Notes under the pieces: generated by a model
The model's input: the letters and a program-made list of their open reading frames with translations, nothing else
The model's database searches: none
Told to the model about the DNA's origin: nothing
Sequence record: NC_031107.2
DNA length: 64,000 nucleotides
Reading direction: 5' to 3' (one strand)
Part shown: in pieces, positions 25,401 to 35,717 of the stretch
How the letters are laid out: every line of letters begins with the position of its first letter
Numbering within the stretch: position 1 is the stretch's first letter
Translations under genes and position numbers: made by a program

Positions 25401-27650
25401 CGTGGCATTGGCAACGTCCGCGGCTTTCAGTTTCCATGCCGCAACAGAATACTGCGCGTTTGTCAGCACGTTACGCAGCAAGAACACATTGGTGCCTACC
25501 GCGACGATATCATCCGTGGACACATTTGGCACAAACGCCGCCGTGGTAACGTCTGTCCCGTTACCGTTACGGTAGTCCGGGAAGTTAACCTGAGACACCG
25601 CGGTGTGTTTCGCATGATCCATCGACCCGTTGAACAACACCAGATAACGCTTACCATCCGACCCCAGACACACCGCACCGTCAGTACCGGTAATCAGAAT
25701 CGCCACCAGAGACACACCAGGGAACTTGCTCATACCCGCAGGCATATACTTCACCGACGTCTGTTGCACGTTGGTCAGTTTCTGGTCGTTGGTGATGTCA
25801 GCATACGCGTAGTAAATCGCTTCACTACCCGCTATCCCGTTACTGCCGTTACGCAGGGAATAGAGACGCCCTTGCTGATATCCGATTAACCCTTTCTGGT
25901 AGGTCTGGTTTTTGGTGAAGCCGGAATAGTTCCCCATTGCTGGAATCGGTAAGAACCCGCCATTACCAAACTTCGCCCCTGGAACTGTCCAGGCAGGCAG
26001 CAACGTGTTGATTTTGTCGCTGAGCTGGTCAATCTTCTGATCCAGTAAGAAGCCCTGACGTGACGTCACGACTTTATCATCCGTCGTATCAATCGCATCC
26101 CAGATTTTCAGCAGGCCACTGGCGGTGGTTGAGCCATACGGAACATTGTCGAGGTCGGCAATGGTGTGCGTGTGGTCACTTTTCGCTTTCGTGGCGAGGG
26201 CAGCGGTCAATGCTTTAGTAACCGGCTTTTCCAGTGGTGTGGTGTTGTCCATCTTGTCCACACCAAAATCCGCTTTGGTCAGTGTCAGTACCTGATTGCC
26301 GCTGGCGTCTTTCACGAAGCGTTTGCCGTTGATGCTGTAAGTGTCGTCCACATACAGGTCAAGTTTGGCTTTCAGGTCGGTAACCGCTTTCTGCGAGATG
26401 GCTGCACCGGTGGCCACGGAGTTAGAGATGTTCGTGATGGAGAACAGACCCGCCACTGCGTTGGTTGCGGTGGGCAACTCGACGTTCATGTACACCGGGT
26501 TGGTTTGCTTACCGCTACCGTAAATCTTGAGCGTGTCGCTGGATTTAAAGTAGGCATTGGCAGGCAACAGTTTAACCGCGGTCAAATACATCCCGACCAT
26601 GTCCGGCGTTACCAGGAACACCGAGTTAAAGACCGGGGCCAACACATCCATGCTGTAACCGCCCCACTTATCCCCAGCTTTCCCCGAATGCACCCACAGG
26701 GTATTGAGGCCCGCCGAAAACTCCACCCCGATACCGGTGTCGTTGTTGTCCTGGTCGGCTTTTAATACCAGCGGCTTTGGTGAGGTGATAATGAATTTCT
26801 CACCTTTCAGGCTAATGAGGTGGCCCGCGGTGGTCTGGAACGTAATCGCGTCGTTGTTGAGGACACGCAGACGACCCAGCAAATCCCCCAGGGTGTTATC
26901 CATTAACAGATCAACGTGAGCCTGGGAAATCCCCGATGTCGACATCAGGTTAACGAGCTCAGCCAACGTACGACCAAACGCTCTGGTAGCATCAACCGCT
27001 TTACCGACAACCGGCAACGCACCCACGTCGGTCGTGGTATAGCCGTGCGCATTGCTTTTCAGGTGATGCTGATACATCTCCTGCTCAAACACCGTGTTAC
27101 CGTTCTGATAGATCATATCCGTCAGTTCAGTAAACGCCGTATCCAGGTCACCGGCACGGGCCAGAATCCCTACGCGAATATCTTCGATGGCTTTTACCAC
27201 TTCATCGCGCAGAATAGCTTCTTCGATGTTTTCTGGCGGGTCAATCGGGGAAATCACCGGTGCGTATTTCATCAACTCTGACCAGTCCACGTTACGTGGG
27301 TCTTTCAGGTCAGTGCGCACCAGGTATTTACCAATCTCTGACTGCGGCAGACGATACTGACGGCCAACAGACAGGATTTCATAATCGACTTCGGTGGCTG
27401 TCAGTAGGATGAAGCCCCCGTAGATTTGGTCTTGCTCAGCTTCGGCCAGCTCTTTGAAATAGTAACCGAGATAATAATCCAGACCCTCGATAAGGGTACG
27501 TTTACCGCCAGGTGCCGTTGCATCCTTAACAGTAAGTTTCAGCCCAATGCGGTAGAAAGGACCTTCGGCAGGAATCACCGCATTGTATTTATTCGGGTAC
27601 GTTGCGGTCTTGAGCGTACCGTTAAACTGCGCCGCATCTTCTCTCGGCAT
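22467..27650 (-). CDS. Long tail-fibre-like virion protein (1727 aa)
   Basis: ATG 27650 after TAGGAG (track start moved); fibre repeats ATNAVAGL, STTASGLL, LTKADFGVDKMDNT. Confidence 0.75.
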   Translation of the reverse strand: MPREDAAQFNGTLKTATYPNKYNAVIPAEGPFYRIGLKLTVKDATAPGGKRTLIEGLDYYLGYYFKELAEAEQDQIYGGFILLTATEVDYEILSVGRQYRLPQSEIGKYLVRTDLKDPRNVDWSELMKYAPVISPIDPPENIEEAILRDEVVKAIEDIRVGILARAGDLDTAFTELTDMIYQNGNTVFEQEMYQHHLKSNAHGYTTTDVGALPVVGKAVDATRAFGRTLAELVNLMSTSGISQAHVDLLMDNTLGDLLGRLRVLNNDAITFQTTAGHLISLKGEKFIITSPKPLVLKADQDNNDTGIGVEFSAGLNTLWVHSGKAGDKWGGYSMDVLAPVFNSVFLVTPDMVGMYLTAVKLLPANAYFKSSDTLKIYGSGKQTNPVYMNVELPTATNAVAGLFSITNISNSVATGAAISQKAVTDLKAKLDLYVDDTYSINGKRFVKDASGNQVLTLTKADFGVDKMDNTTPLEKPVTKALTAALATKAKSDHTHTIADLDNVPYGSTTASGLLKIWDAIDTTDDKVVTSRQGFLLDQKIDQLSDKINTLLPAWTVPGAKFGNGGFLPIPAMGNYSGFTKNQTYQKGLIGYQQGRLYSLRNGSNGIAGSEAIYYAYADITNDQKLTNVQQTSVKYMPAGMSKFPGVSLVAILITGTDGAVCLGSDGKRYLVLFNGSMDHAKHTAVSQVNFPDYRNGNGTDVTTAAFVPNVSTDDIVAVGTNVFLLRNVLTNAQYSVAAWKLKAADVANATVTFERVILTGESGMSGDNLMIRYGQKTAASQTGPFVTYLTPEAAAKWANATNFVHGPEANHMYGVSEGKVRVNHAPTMWFAAPNGDVLNFSQWQTSFVLDTEANTVTLECPQRFPLVADVTTVKYADGTFDGFTQGKWHGGVANNRTFATVVNDVVVSQWLAGDADQMPGIAIRPAKGKSLYDFLRYDYTAFADATQNSAATLNQGRGSVYSTGMSYPLGLGGSNLLWLSDPRTRTAIEVEVDPNKPYNVAGYSGYGPDNARRVVDSTLYEQLSNIPLMLTPSQGVGVLNGWYCTGPESFPYKNVPGNFALAADRLNLTQTEWNKMKQSILDGAPTGAANGYASEYINAANQAGKALFAVWFMGIGTAHPLTLIQVSAQRVVNNVNTLDVYYFTMTPTISGGNVSFPTAAVNLLDFFNNLDYGLNYAMLGEITGGKTKRVGQPIMASTNGTDFAIWLPYTLGLRLIGDLASVGYAAGLRYSSGTWTKVAGKTALRRMAPSHTPESVVYMGAGSWNSVARIYSKADRVFCSGDAYTLANFVADPTFATTASPQAVILAGVETAEGWILYLTEEVELSFGSASYTLPTWSIDLSDVYPTAHANRTFYLHAQVVNGSASYLMDTVRHPDTDSLLYVGWVTTDANRITGQDIQQVKRLGQVKQLEEHAGVAYRHDVSAARESRVGSMGLLKRVALSTPGLGVAGYADGQELYKGIEHQLRPALPIQKRFAGFAVTKWEHFQNVARRFWLKNPMETAAVSGDNAKAASFNMKWIGAQMSPVVSGETYTAVAQLRFTVPGNVGDASKMISQRYAVPNGISSFKYCLNSAATSQSSEMTFNTGNDLVNIVGSGLAAGMEYVMHMSVQLTAAQYQSLGNKILSMQVVEDATGTVFRQTDVDTPFLIYASSELNGGGVVRVARELVIPNLPSEPAVVIHAGNDGLNPPYQASYDAGTLTLSVACEYAAGGALVDLDEIQVNLMFKS

Positions 27651-27740
27651 TGCAAAGACTCCTACTTTGAAATAAAACGGATACCCCACCCCGAAGGGTG
27701 GGGTTACCTACGGACGGGTGACGTCCGCAGACGTTCCGTC

Positions 27741-30700
27741 CTAAGAGGACCACTCACCTAGTTTGTTGCCATCGGCAGCCTGCTCACGCTTCAGCTCAGA
27801 CAACACCCACAGCCAGGCTGTAGAGGTGAGGTGGAAGGGGTTACGCTTCTCCGCCACAAATTGCGGGCTGGCGGAGCGAATCTCCCACGCAGAGTCTTCC
27901 GTTAACGTTGTGATAACGGTACCACTGCTGTCTTTCAACGGCAGGCTTAAAGAGAAGTTTAGCGCTTCTCCGCTCGCCGTATCTGCAGGTTTAAACCACA
28001 GATACACCGCTTGTCCTGCGGCAAGGTTTGTTGCAGTTAACGCGACACGCTGATCCGACGCCAGCGCCACCCAGCTATTAGCGCTACCGGGGTCAGGGAT
28101 ACGTGAACCGAGAATAACACCCCCGGCCATGTGTGGCCCTTTCAACGTACCGTCCATCGATGCAATGGCTTTCGCTGTTGCTTTATCCGGATACCAGCAC
28201 AGCAAGATAGGGTCGCGGAATCGCATTGGGGCAACGCCCGCTGCAGCCGCTTTGGCCACTGTCCAGTTGTTGGGCAGTTTGTTTGACGGGAACAACAACG
28301 AACCACGCACCGCACGCGACGAGTGGAACGGTAAGCCCAATTGTCCACGATGTGACAGCTCAGCATTACCTTGGCCACAGGGCACACTCACCCACTCTGT
28401 CAGTTCCCAGTTCACTGGTTCGCCGTACGTAACAGGGTCAACAGTCTTGAGACCGTATTCCATGTCACGACTACTGTCAATACGACGTTCCAGGTTGCTG
28501 TCAACGTACGCCTCAAACAGCGAGCGCAGATACTGGTATTTATCCAGATTCAACGCTGCCACGTTCGGGTTCATTAACGCCGGACCCACTCGCAGACGTT
28601 CACTTTTGGCCAGGCTGTTAAGTCGAACACCAATCCCTTCCCCAATAAAGTAGGAAAGAAGGTCGATGGGCAACTTAAGCTCGACCTGTTGTTCCCGCAC
28701 CGCGACCATACCCGGTTGTCCACACAACACAGACAACCGCAGAACCTCGGTGTTAACGTTATAGCGATAACGTACCGCCCAACGTGGAGAGAACGTGCCA
28801 GTAAAGGGCGCATTCACTCCCAGGTCAACATAATCGAGACAATCCCCCGTCGGAATCCAGGTATTCGATAACATCGTCAGAGTAATTCCGCGGGTGATTT
28901 CAAACTCGCCCACCATCGGAATGCCTGATGTGCTCACCGCGTCATTGGTCACCTGCTGTGTCCGGGAAAGTATCCCGTAATAGCATTTGAAATCGCTGAG
29001 TGAGATACGCAACGTCTTGTTACAACCCGGTATGTTGTTTCGGGCACTGAGAAGCACCAAACTCGGTTCTTCCGCATGAGCCACAGCCGCCGCAGTGTTC
29101 TCAATGTCGATAATCATCCCGCCTTCGAACGTTGGCGCATTGCCTTCTTTCGGGTTAAACGGGGTGAACCAACACATCGGGTGACTGTTTTCATTCGAGA
29201 ACCAGGCCAGGATATCTGACTTGTTGTTCCCGGTATGGTACCAGTCAATCATCCCACGCGTGCCGTAGAACAGGTTACCGAGGTTGTTGCTACTGTAGTG
29301 CTTCACCATGCCGTAAGTAAACGGTTCGGGTTGCACCTTCGCCAGCATCTTAAAGCGTGGGTTATCCGAGAACGCCCAGTCACTCGCTTTCACACTGTGG
29401 GCATGTTTCACCCCAATGTGTGCCTTTACCTCTTCCGATGGCCCAAAGTCAAACATCGTATCGAACGACACGGTCGACTGACTGCCTGGGGAGGCTGGTA
29501 AATCGATGTAGCCAATAAAGCCACGTTCAATATCCAGGTCTTGCGACAGGATAGGCTCTGCGCGCGAATACAACGACGTCGTCAGCATGTTCACGTACAG
29601 GTAATGACGCAGACCCCCTGGCTTCGTGACGAACTCCTGCAAGTATTCCAGTTTGGTCTGGGTACCGGAGAAGTATAAAGGATACAAGTCGTCGTAGATG
29701 TCGAATTGTAGTGCAGCGGCTTTGGCTGTGTCGTTACACTCAGCCTTAATCGCGATACAGTGCTCATCCACACCCAACGGTGGTTCTGCCACTACATACA
29801 GCGGAGACGCACCCGTTGCCACTTGCTCACCGTTTAAGTACACGGTGATTTTCCCGCCACCCGCCACGTAAATCTTGAACGCCCCGGTTGCGGTTTTCAG
29901 ACGCAACTTCGCCAGCACAGACACGACCGACAAATCACCCATACCGTTTAGCGTCTTACCGATCTGTTTCCCTTGAATCGGGAACGGTGGTTGTTCGGTG
30001 AGGCCAGTAAAGGATAGTCCTGCCCCGGTGTTGATAACCGCGTTTGGCCAGGTCTCCTCCATCTGGTTGTCAGGCGAGAACCAGTTGAACATCGGCGTGG
30101 TTTGCAAGTCAATCGTCCCGGATACCACACCCTCTTTACGGGTACCCGCATCCAGGTAGAAGTAACGCAAATCCGTCACCGATAAGCGGTAGGTATTCAA
30201 CGTCCAGGTCGAGGCTTTCACCGCAGTAAAGTCGGTGACAGTACCTGACTTGGCGTTGGCCAACGCTGCCGCGACCACTTCCAGACGATCACTTAATGCT
30301 TTCAACACAGACGGCGTTACACCACGACCTGTCGCTAACCCTGCCTGGTTTTTGGAATAACGTCCAATCCCCTGCACCTGTTGCGACGCTTCGTAGATAT
30401 TCAACTCAGACCAGTCATGGTGGTGACCAGACGGACTCAGCTCCGTTAGTGCTTCGGACAGGTCATCGGACAACGGCTTATCGACGTCGGCGATGTTTGA
30501 CGCGTTCCCAAGACCCAGGTCTGTTTTGGTCAGTGTGCGGCTACCGTCATCCATGGCTTTGTTGTTCAGCAACGTGGACTTTAACACGTAACCGCCCATA
30601 TCCGCTTCATATCCGGTTAACGAATCCGGCGTAGAAGCAACACCGCTGGTTTCCGTACCTGGCCCTTTCTTCAACTTCGCCACACCTTTGACGGTGGTGG

Positions 30701-31910
30701 TCGCCGAAGCAGGTGTAACTGTGCCACTGATTGGGTCAGCCTTGGAGCCTTTGCCAGTAAAGGTCACACCGTTACGACCTTCGATATAAATCTTGGTGTC
30801 GTCCGGGTCGCTACCAGAACCGTTATCGCCAGGGTCTTGCTGGTACTCACGCAATGCTGTGGTGGTCAGTAACGTCACCCCATTCAGGGTCAGTTTGTCC
30901 ATCCCCAACGCAGAACCTGTAGACTCGATACGCAGCGTGTTGGTTCCCGCCTTCCACTCCATAAAGCGTGTGGTGGAATCCCCGCTCACATACCCTGCCG
31001 CCAACACAATCGAGCCGTTAGACTTTAACGTGAACGCATCGGTTGAGAACACGATTTCCGATTCTCCGGCAGGGGAACGGAACAATGCCCGTGTGCCGGA
31101 GATAGTCGCGTTGAACACCCCTTTGGCATCTTTCGATACCCATTTTGAGATGTACTTGTCGATATCGGCTTGCTGCAATCCCAACGCACGAATTTCTGCC
31201 GTCAGGGTACGCAACGTCTTTCCGTACGCCAGGAAGGTATCTGGCGTTTTCAGGTTAACCGGATGTGCCCCATTCTGCGCAACGGTAGTCTGGTGCGGGT
31301 TAGTGGCATTAACGTGGCCAGGGAAGTTAAAGGCTGCGATATCCGCAGCCATGGCTTCCACTTCGAGTTTCAATGCAGCGAGCTTCTCACGAATCAAATC
31401 GTTCGCGGCACCGGCATCGAGTTCCACATCATGTACCGCCGACGCCAGAAACTTCTTGTTGAGCATATCTGCCCAAGAGGTGGCCGCAGGTGTTGGCGGG
31501 TACAACGACGGACGATGGTCTAACTGCAAGAAATCTGCACTGGTCGGGTTGTTGATGTACTTAACCAGTTCATCAAGAATCTCAACGAACCCATCGTAGA
31601 ACGTACCCCCGAGCATTTGCCCTGTAAATGTCACCAGTCCTTTGATGTCAGGGTTAATCAGGTGCACCCCGCAAAACACTGGGGCCGCTACCGAGTCATC
31701 CAACGCGGTCAGGGCGTATTCCAGCTCGTAGTCCGTACCGCGGGTCAGCGGTGTAGAACTGCCAGGCTGTTGTACGACCAGACCGTCGAAGAACGGGGCA
31801 TGGTCTAAGACCACGACCCGATCGTTACTGTTGTCGGACTCGATGACACGTTCCTCAGTGAAGCGATTCTCGGTACTGGTGCCCCGAGGATCGTAAGGAT
31901 ACGTTTTCAT
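27741..31910 (-). CDS. Long tail-fibre-like virion protein (1389 aa)
   Basis: YPYDPRG..N N-domain, HVNATNPH, ATTTVKGVAKL, LTKTDLGLGNASN..DKPLS repeats. Confidence 0.75.
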   Translation of the reverse strand: MKTYPYDPRGTSTENRFTEERVIESDNSNDRVVVLDHAPFFDGLVVQQPGSSTPLTRGTDYELEYALTALDDSVAAPVFCGVHLINPDIKGLVTFTGQMLGGTFYDGFVEILDELVKYINNPTSADFLQLDHRPSLYPPTPAATSWADMLNKKFLASAVHDVELDAGAANDLIREKLAALKLEVEAMAADIAAFNFPGHVNATNPHQTTVAQNGAHPVNLKTPDTFLAYGKTLRTLTAEIRALGLQQADIDKYISKWVSKDAKGVFNATISGTRALFRSPAGESEIVFSTDAFTLKSNGSIVLAAGYVSGDSTTRFMEWKAGTNTLRIESTGSALGMDKLTLNGVTLLTTTALREYQQDPGDNGSGSDPDDTKIYIEGRNGVTFTGKGSKADPISGTVTPASATTTVKGVAKLKKGPGTETSGVASTPDSLTGYEADMGGYVLKSTLLNNKAMDDGSRTLTKTDLGLGNASNIADVDKPLSDDLSEALTELSPSGHHHDWSELNIYEASQQVQGIGRYSKNQAGLATGRGVTPSVLKALSDRLEVVAAALANAKSGTVTDFTAVKASTWTLNTYRLSVTDLRYFYLDAGTRKEGVVSGTIDLQTTPMFNWFSPDNQMEETWPNAVINTGAGLSFTGLTEQPPFPIQGKQIGKTLNGMGDLSVVSVLAKLRLKTATGAFKIYVAGGGKITVYLNGEQVATGASPLYVVAEPPLGVDEHCIAIKAECNDTAKAAALQFDIYDDLYPLYFSGTQTKLEYLQEFVTKPGGLRHYLYVNMLTTSLYSRAEPILSQDLDIERGFIGYIDLPASPGSQSTVSFDTMFDFGPSEEVKAHIGVKHAHSVKASDWAFSDNPRFKMLAKVQPEPFTYGMVKHYSSNNLGNLFYGTRGMIDWYHTGNNKSDILAWFSNENSHPMCWFTPFNPKEGNAPTFEGGMIIDIENTAAAVAHAEEPSLVLLSARNNIPGCNKTLRISLSDFKCYYGILSRTQQVTNDAVSTSGIPMVGEFEITRGITLTMLSNTWIPTGDCLDYVDLGVNAPFTGTFSPRWAVRYRYNVNTEVLRLSVLCGQPGMVAVREQQVELKLPIDLLSYFIGEGIGVRLNSLAKSERLRVGPALMNPNVAALNLDKYQYLRSLFEAYVDSNLERRIDSSRDMEYGLKTVDPVTYGEPVNWELTEWVSVPCGQGNAELSHRGQLGLPFHSSRAVRGSLLFPSNKLPNNWTVAKAAAAGVAPMRFRDPILLCWYPDKATAKAIASMDGTLKGPHMAGGVILGSRIPDPGSANSWVALASDQRVALTATNLAAGQAVYLWFKPADTASGEALNFSLSLPLKDSSGTVITTLTEDSAWEIRSASPQFVAEKRNPFHLTSTAWLWVLSELKREQAADGNKLGEWSS

Positions 31911-31922
31911 TCAGAGTTCTCC

Positions 31923-34900
31923 TTAATCGCGGAAGATTACCGCGCGGGCTAAATTGTTTTGACAAAACGCAATCACTCGGTCTTCGTTCACGTACGAGGG
32001 CAGCGGTAACGGATTCACAGCAGCCACTTGGGTGCGCTCTGCCTCAGCAAGGGTCATTGCCAAAGATGAGAGCGAGCTGTTCCCCCCGACGTAATTGAAC
32101 TCCAGGAACCGCGCACGGTTCAGTACAGAGAAGTTCGCAATATAGTCGAGCAGCGTTGCATTATAGAAACGCTGATAAGTGGTGGATGCCGGATAAGTTA
32201 TTGCAGCCGTTGTGGTTGCACCATACAGACCGCCTAATCCGTGATGGATTGGGAGTGTGGCGTCAGTCCACAGCGCACTAAGGTCGATGTAGTCCGGGCG
32301 AATACGGTTGGTCAGGTCGATAGTCTGTGTAGTACCGGCTGCACGGGCAGTGCACACGACGTTTTTGGTGGCTTCCCCTAAGGTGATCACCACGTCGTAG
32401 ATAAGCCCGGCTAACGTCACCACACAGGTCAGGGTCATCGTGCCATCGGTAGCCCGATTGCTGCTAAAGGACACACTCGGTGACAACGCCGCCCAAGTCG
32501 ACGCTGAGCCCCCAATCTTCGTTGGCGTAAACCCAATCACCACGTTACGCCCTGCCCCGAAATTAATTCCGAGGCCAGCATAACAGAACGCCCCATTACT
32601 GTCCGTAATACGTGAACCCCGGCACAACAGAATAGAGATGCGGTTAAAGAACGTGGTCTCATCCTGCCACCCTGCCACGATAGATTCGAGGAGTGTGTCG
32701 GTGCCAGCATCCGTCGGAATCCAGGTATGCTGAATCCCTGCGTTACGGTGCAGTGGGAAGGTGTGGTGAATAAAGCGGTAATCGTTTACCGTTACGCCAT
32801 CCGGGTCAAACGACCAACGTGCATTCTGACCATCGTACTGCATTTTCGACATAGGCCAATACTGGTCAGCCAACGCCATACGCCAGTCTGCTTCACCACG
32901 CTCGTTTGACGGTACGCCAGAGGCCCAAACCGGACCCCCTTTCCCATACCCTGACGTGTAACCAAATTCGCTCATGGTCAGGGTACGTTTGATGTGGGCA
33001 TTATCGTCCTCGAGGTGTTCTTCGAGTTCACGGAAAGCGCCCAGGCGGGTCACGTTGTGAATCTCAGCCACATCAATCCCGTCTTCCGAGGTGTCGATGC
33101 TGCCGACTTTCGTCATCGTGTCGGTTTCCGCCGTGTTCGGGTTGGCGAGAATAACATACTTCGCTGTCTCCCCGACAATATCGACGAAAACGCCAAACGT
33201 GGTGTCTTCATACGCGTTCGGGAACAGCTCCGTGAGGTTGAGGGTGGTAAGCGGTACGTTGTACTCCTGCCCCACGAAGTAGGTTTCAGCAGCCAATGTG
33301 ACCATCCAACCGGTCGTTTGAATACCGTTTTGAATTTGGTCATTGCCAGGTACCCCGAAGCGAATGATATCGATAGCCGCGCCTGAGTCCAGACCCTTTG
33401 CCACTCCCTCGAGTTGAGTAATAGTGGTAGTCTGGTCAATCACGACGGAACCGTCCAACGCCAACGCGGCATCGTCTACAGCCAAGCCGTATTGGATAAG
33501 ACCGAACTGGGTAGCCGTGGCCGCTTTCACCCCAAAGGTGGCTGCAGGGTGCGTGTGACCGACCACCGCATATTTGTCGAGTTCCGCTTGCTGGAGCGTG
33601 GACACCTGCAAATCAGCATCTGAGGTGTTCGCCACTTTATCCAGATTGAACGTCAGCTTATCAATGTACACTGAGCTTGTAAGCGGCAGGTCATTGATGT
33701 ACGCTTTTACCTTTTCCAGTTTACCGGTAAAGGCCGCATCCAGTTTAGCAATCAGCGCCGGGGTGGCAGCCAGGTCTTCGGCTTGACCGAAGTCGGTCGC
33801 CAGAGAGCGCATCGCTAACAAGTTAACGTCGGTCGCCGTCGGTGGTACAAAGGTACAGACAAACGGCACAGACTGAATCCCGTTACCGTTGATTTGCATC
33901 GTGGTGGTTGGGGTACCGTAGAACAACCCATCGCCGCCGCCCGTGTTGCCCGGCAAGTATGGGGCAACTGTGGTTGGGTCAAGCAACTTCTTACCGTTCC
34001 AAAGCAACCCGCGGGAATCTGGATACAGAATAAGTTGGTTTGCCCCGCCCTGGAAAGTGATTGGGTTATTCCCGGCATTGATGGTTTGCGAGTCACGACC
34101 CAGGAAACGAATCGCTTTCGGGTCTACCGTGAACTGTGCACCCACCCCACCTGTTTCGGTTGCTGTTAAAGCAGACGATACTGACGTTAAGCCGGGTTTG
34201 GTGCCAAACGTACCATTAATGGTTTGTGTGGTACCGGCGTTACGAAGAAGCTTGTTCGCCAACGATGCCAATTTCGGCAACAGGTTATTGACATAGTCTG
34301 CCAACTGTGCCTGGGTCTTGCCGTAAGCAAGCGTCGAGTCAGACGCAATCCCGTTCAACTCTAACGCACGGATTGCACCCCAGGAATCCCCGTGCGGGTT
34401 ATCCTTGCGAGTAACGTGAGCGTGGGCTGGGGCATCATCGTAGAGCTTCCGAACGATGTTGTGGTATTTCACCATTAGCTGGTAGACGTCGTTTTGCACA
34501 TCCACCGATAGGTCAATACCAGGGAAGGATTTGAACGTCACCGAATCCCCGACACGTCCTGAGAGATTCAGACGAGTTTCGGTTGGGTTCAGGAAGTTCG
34601 TTTGCAACTGATACGTATTGAACACGGTCAGCACGTCGCTTGGCGGGGCCGATACATCCAGCGTAAACGTACCCAAAACAGCGTTGTTTTGTTTTAGGGT
34701 AAACGTCACCAGTTTACCGGCGCGTTCAACACGAACGGTAAACGGCTGAGCAAACTTGGTCAGCGCAAACGGGAACAGCACCAGGTTGTAGTCTTTCTGC
34801 GTGGTTTGCTCGGTGTGCAAATACACACGCCATGCTTTGTCAGTCATGCTGTAGTCAAACCAGACTTCCTGCACCCCCACGCCTTTGGTGATGTTCTTTA

Positions 34901-35651
34901 AAGCCATCCAACCCAGATTCGGCAACCCTGTCCACGTCTGATACCCTTTCAGGTCGAACAGGAACTCCGCAACATAGTTGCCCACTTGTCCCGGAATATC
35001 CCAACGTGACTGAGAAAGTGTTACCCGTGTGCCGTGGGCCACCGTGGTCTCTTGGTTGAAAGTAAATTTCCCCATATTGTCGTAGTCAAGACGATCGGTA
35101 AATGCGTTCGTCGTGACCGGATACAGGTTATTAGTGACCGGGTTAGGGAGGTTGATGACTTGGCTGATTTTCTTGCCGATAGCAACAATCGCATTCATCA
35201 GCTCCAGTTCGCCGCTCCATTTCTCACGGTCAAACTGAATGTCTACCGGCGGGAAATAGACCTCACCGACGACTTGCTCCCACTGGCATGTCGTTGGGAA
35301 CACATCCGCATTGGCTGTACGTTCCGCAGTAATCTGTGCCTGGGTAGCTATAGCGTTACCCACAGCGTGGTAATCTACGGTGAAGTCTTTGTAATACTTA
35401 GGGTTTGTTATCCAAATCATCCCGTGGGAGACGTAGCCTGTGCGCAACATAGCGGTCATGTACGGGTGAGTGATAACGTAGTCATCGCCTAAGGTTAATT
35501 CTTTGCCGCCGCTCTTGACCACCAGGGATGTGGTGTAAAAAGGGGCGTACGCGGGGACGAGCATTTTGTACTTCGTACCAATCAACGTCACCGCTTCACC
35601 GGTCTGTTTGTTCCCCGGTTCTTTGAAGTGTGGGTCTAAGACGACAGCCAT
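31923..35651 (-). CDS. Long tail-fibre-like virion protein (1242 aa)
   Basis: LDP...N N-domain, HVTRKDNPH, ATATQFGLIQY, LDKVANTSD repeats. Confidence 0.75.
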   Translation of the reverse strand: MAVVLDPHFKEPGNKQTGEAVTLIGTKYKMLVPAYAPFYTTSLVVKSGGKELTLGDDYVITHPYMTAMLRTGYVSHGMIWITNPKYYKDFTVDYHAVGNAIATQAQITAERTANADVFPTTCQWEQVVGEVYFPPVDIQFDREKWSGELELMNAIVAIGKKISQVINLPNPVTNNLYPVTTNAFTDRLDYDNMGKFTFNQETTVAHGTRVTLSQSRWDIPGQVGNYVAEFLFDLKGYQTWTGLPNLGWMALKNITKGVGVQEVWFDYSMTDKAWRVYLHTEQTTQKDYNLVLFPFALTKFAQPFTVRVERAGKLVTFTLKQNNAVLGTFTLDVSAPPSDVLTVFNTYQLQTNFLNPTETRLNLSGRVGDSVTFKSFPGIDLSVDVQNDVYQLMVKYHNIVRKLYDDAPAHAHVTRKDNPHGDSWGAIRALELNGIASDSTLAYGKTQAQLADYVNNLLPKLASLANKLLRNAGTTQTINGTFGTKPGLTSVSSALTATETGGVGAQFTVDPKAIRFLGRDSQTINAGNNPITFQGGANQLILYPDSRGLLWNGKKLLDPTTVAPYLPGNTGGGDGLFYGTPTTTMQINGNGIQSVPFVCTFVPPTATDVNLLAMRSLATDFGQAEDLAATPALIAKLDAAFTGKLEKVKAYINDLPLTSSVYIDKLTFNLDKVANTSDADLQVSTLQQAELDKYAVVGHTHPAATFGVKAATATQFGLIQYGLAVDDAALALDGSVVIDQTTTITQLEGVAKGLDSGAAIDIIRFGVPGNDQIQNGIQTTGWMVTLAAETYFVGQEYNVPLTTLNLTELFPNAYEDTTFGVFVDIVGETAKYVILANPNTAETDTMTKVGSIDTSEDGIDVAEIHNVTRLGAFRELEEHLEDDNAHIKRTLTMSEFGYTSGYGKGGPVWASGVPSNERGEADWRMALADQYWPMSKMQYDGQNARWSFDPDGVTVNDYRFIHHTFPLHRNAGIQHTWIPTDAGTDTLLESIVAGWQDETTFFNRISILLCRGSRITDSNGAFCYAGLGINFGAGRNVVIGFTPTKIGGSASTWAALSPSVSFSSNRATDGTMTLTCVVTLAGLIYDVVITLGEATKNVVCTARAAGTTQTIDLTNRIRPDYIDLSALWTDATLPIHHGLGGLYGATTTAAITYPASTTYQRFYNATLLDYIANFSVLNRARFLEFNYVGGNSSLSSLAMTLAEAERTQVAAVNPLPLPSYVNEDRVIAFCQNNLARAVIFRD

Positions 35652-35680
35652 GTTCTACTCCTATAATCGAGGGCGTCGAG

Positions 35681-35693
35681 TTCATACTATGAC
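35681..35693. promoter_or_regulatory. Back-to-back TATG late-promoter-like motifs (TTCATACTATGAC)
   Basis: TATG on - (35683-35686) and + (35688-35691) about 30 nt from each divergent structural gene; TATG is the reported phiKZ late consensus. Confidence 0.5.
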
Positions 35694-35717
35694 CTGAACC
35701 TTTAGAGGAATAAGCCT

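Noticed and set aside
27682-27704. Strong hairpin between the 1389-aa and 1727-aa fibre genes
   Set aside because: No adjacent U-tract on the - strand, so not called a terminator; may be a stabilising stem.
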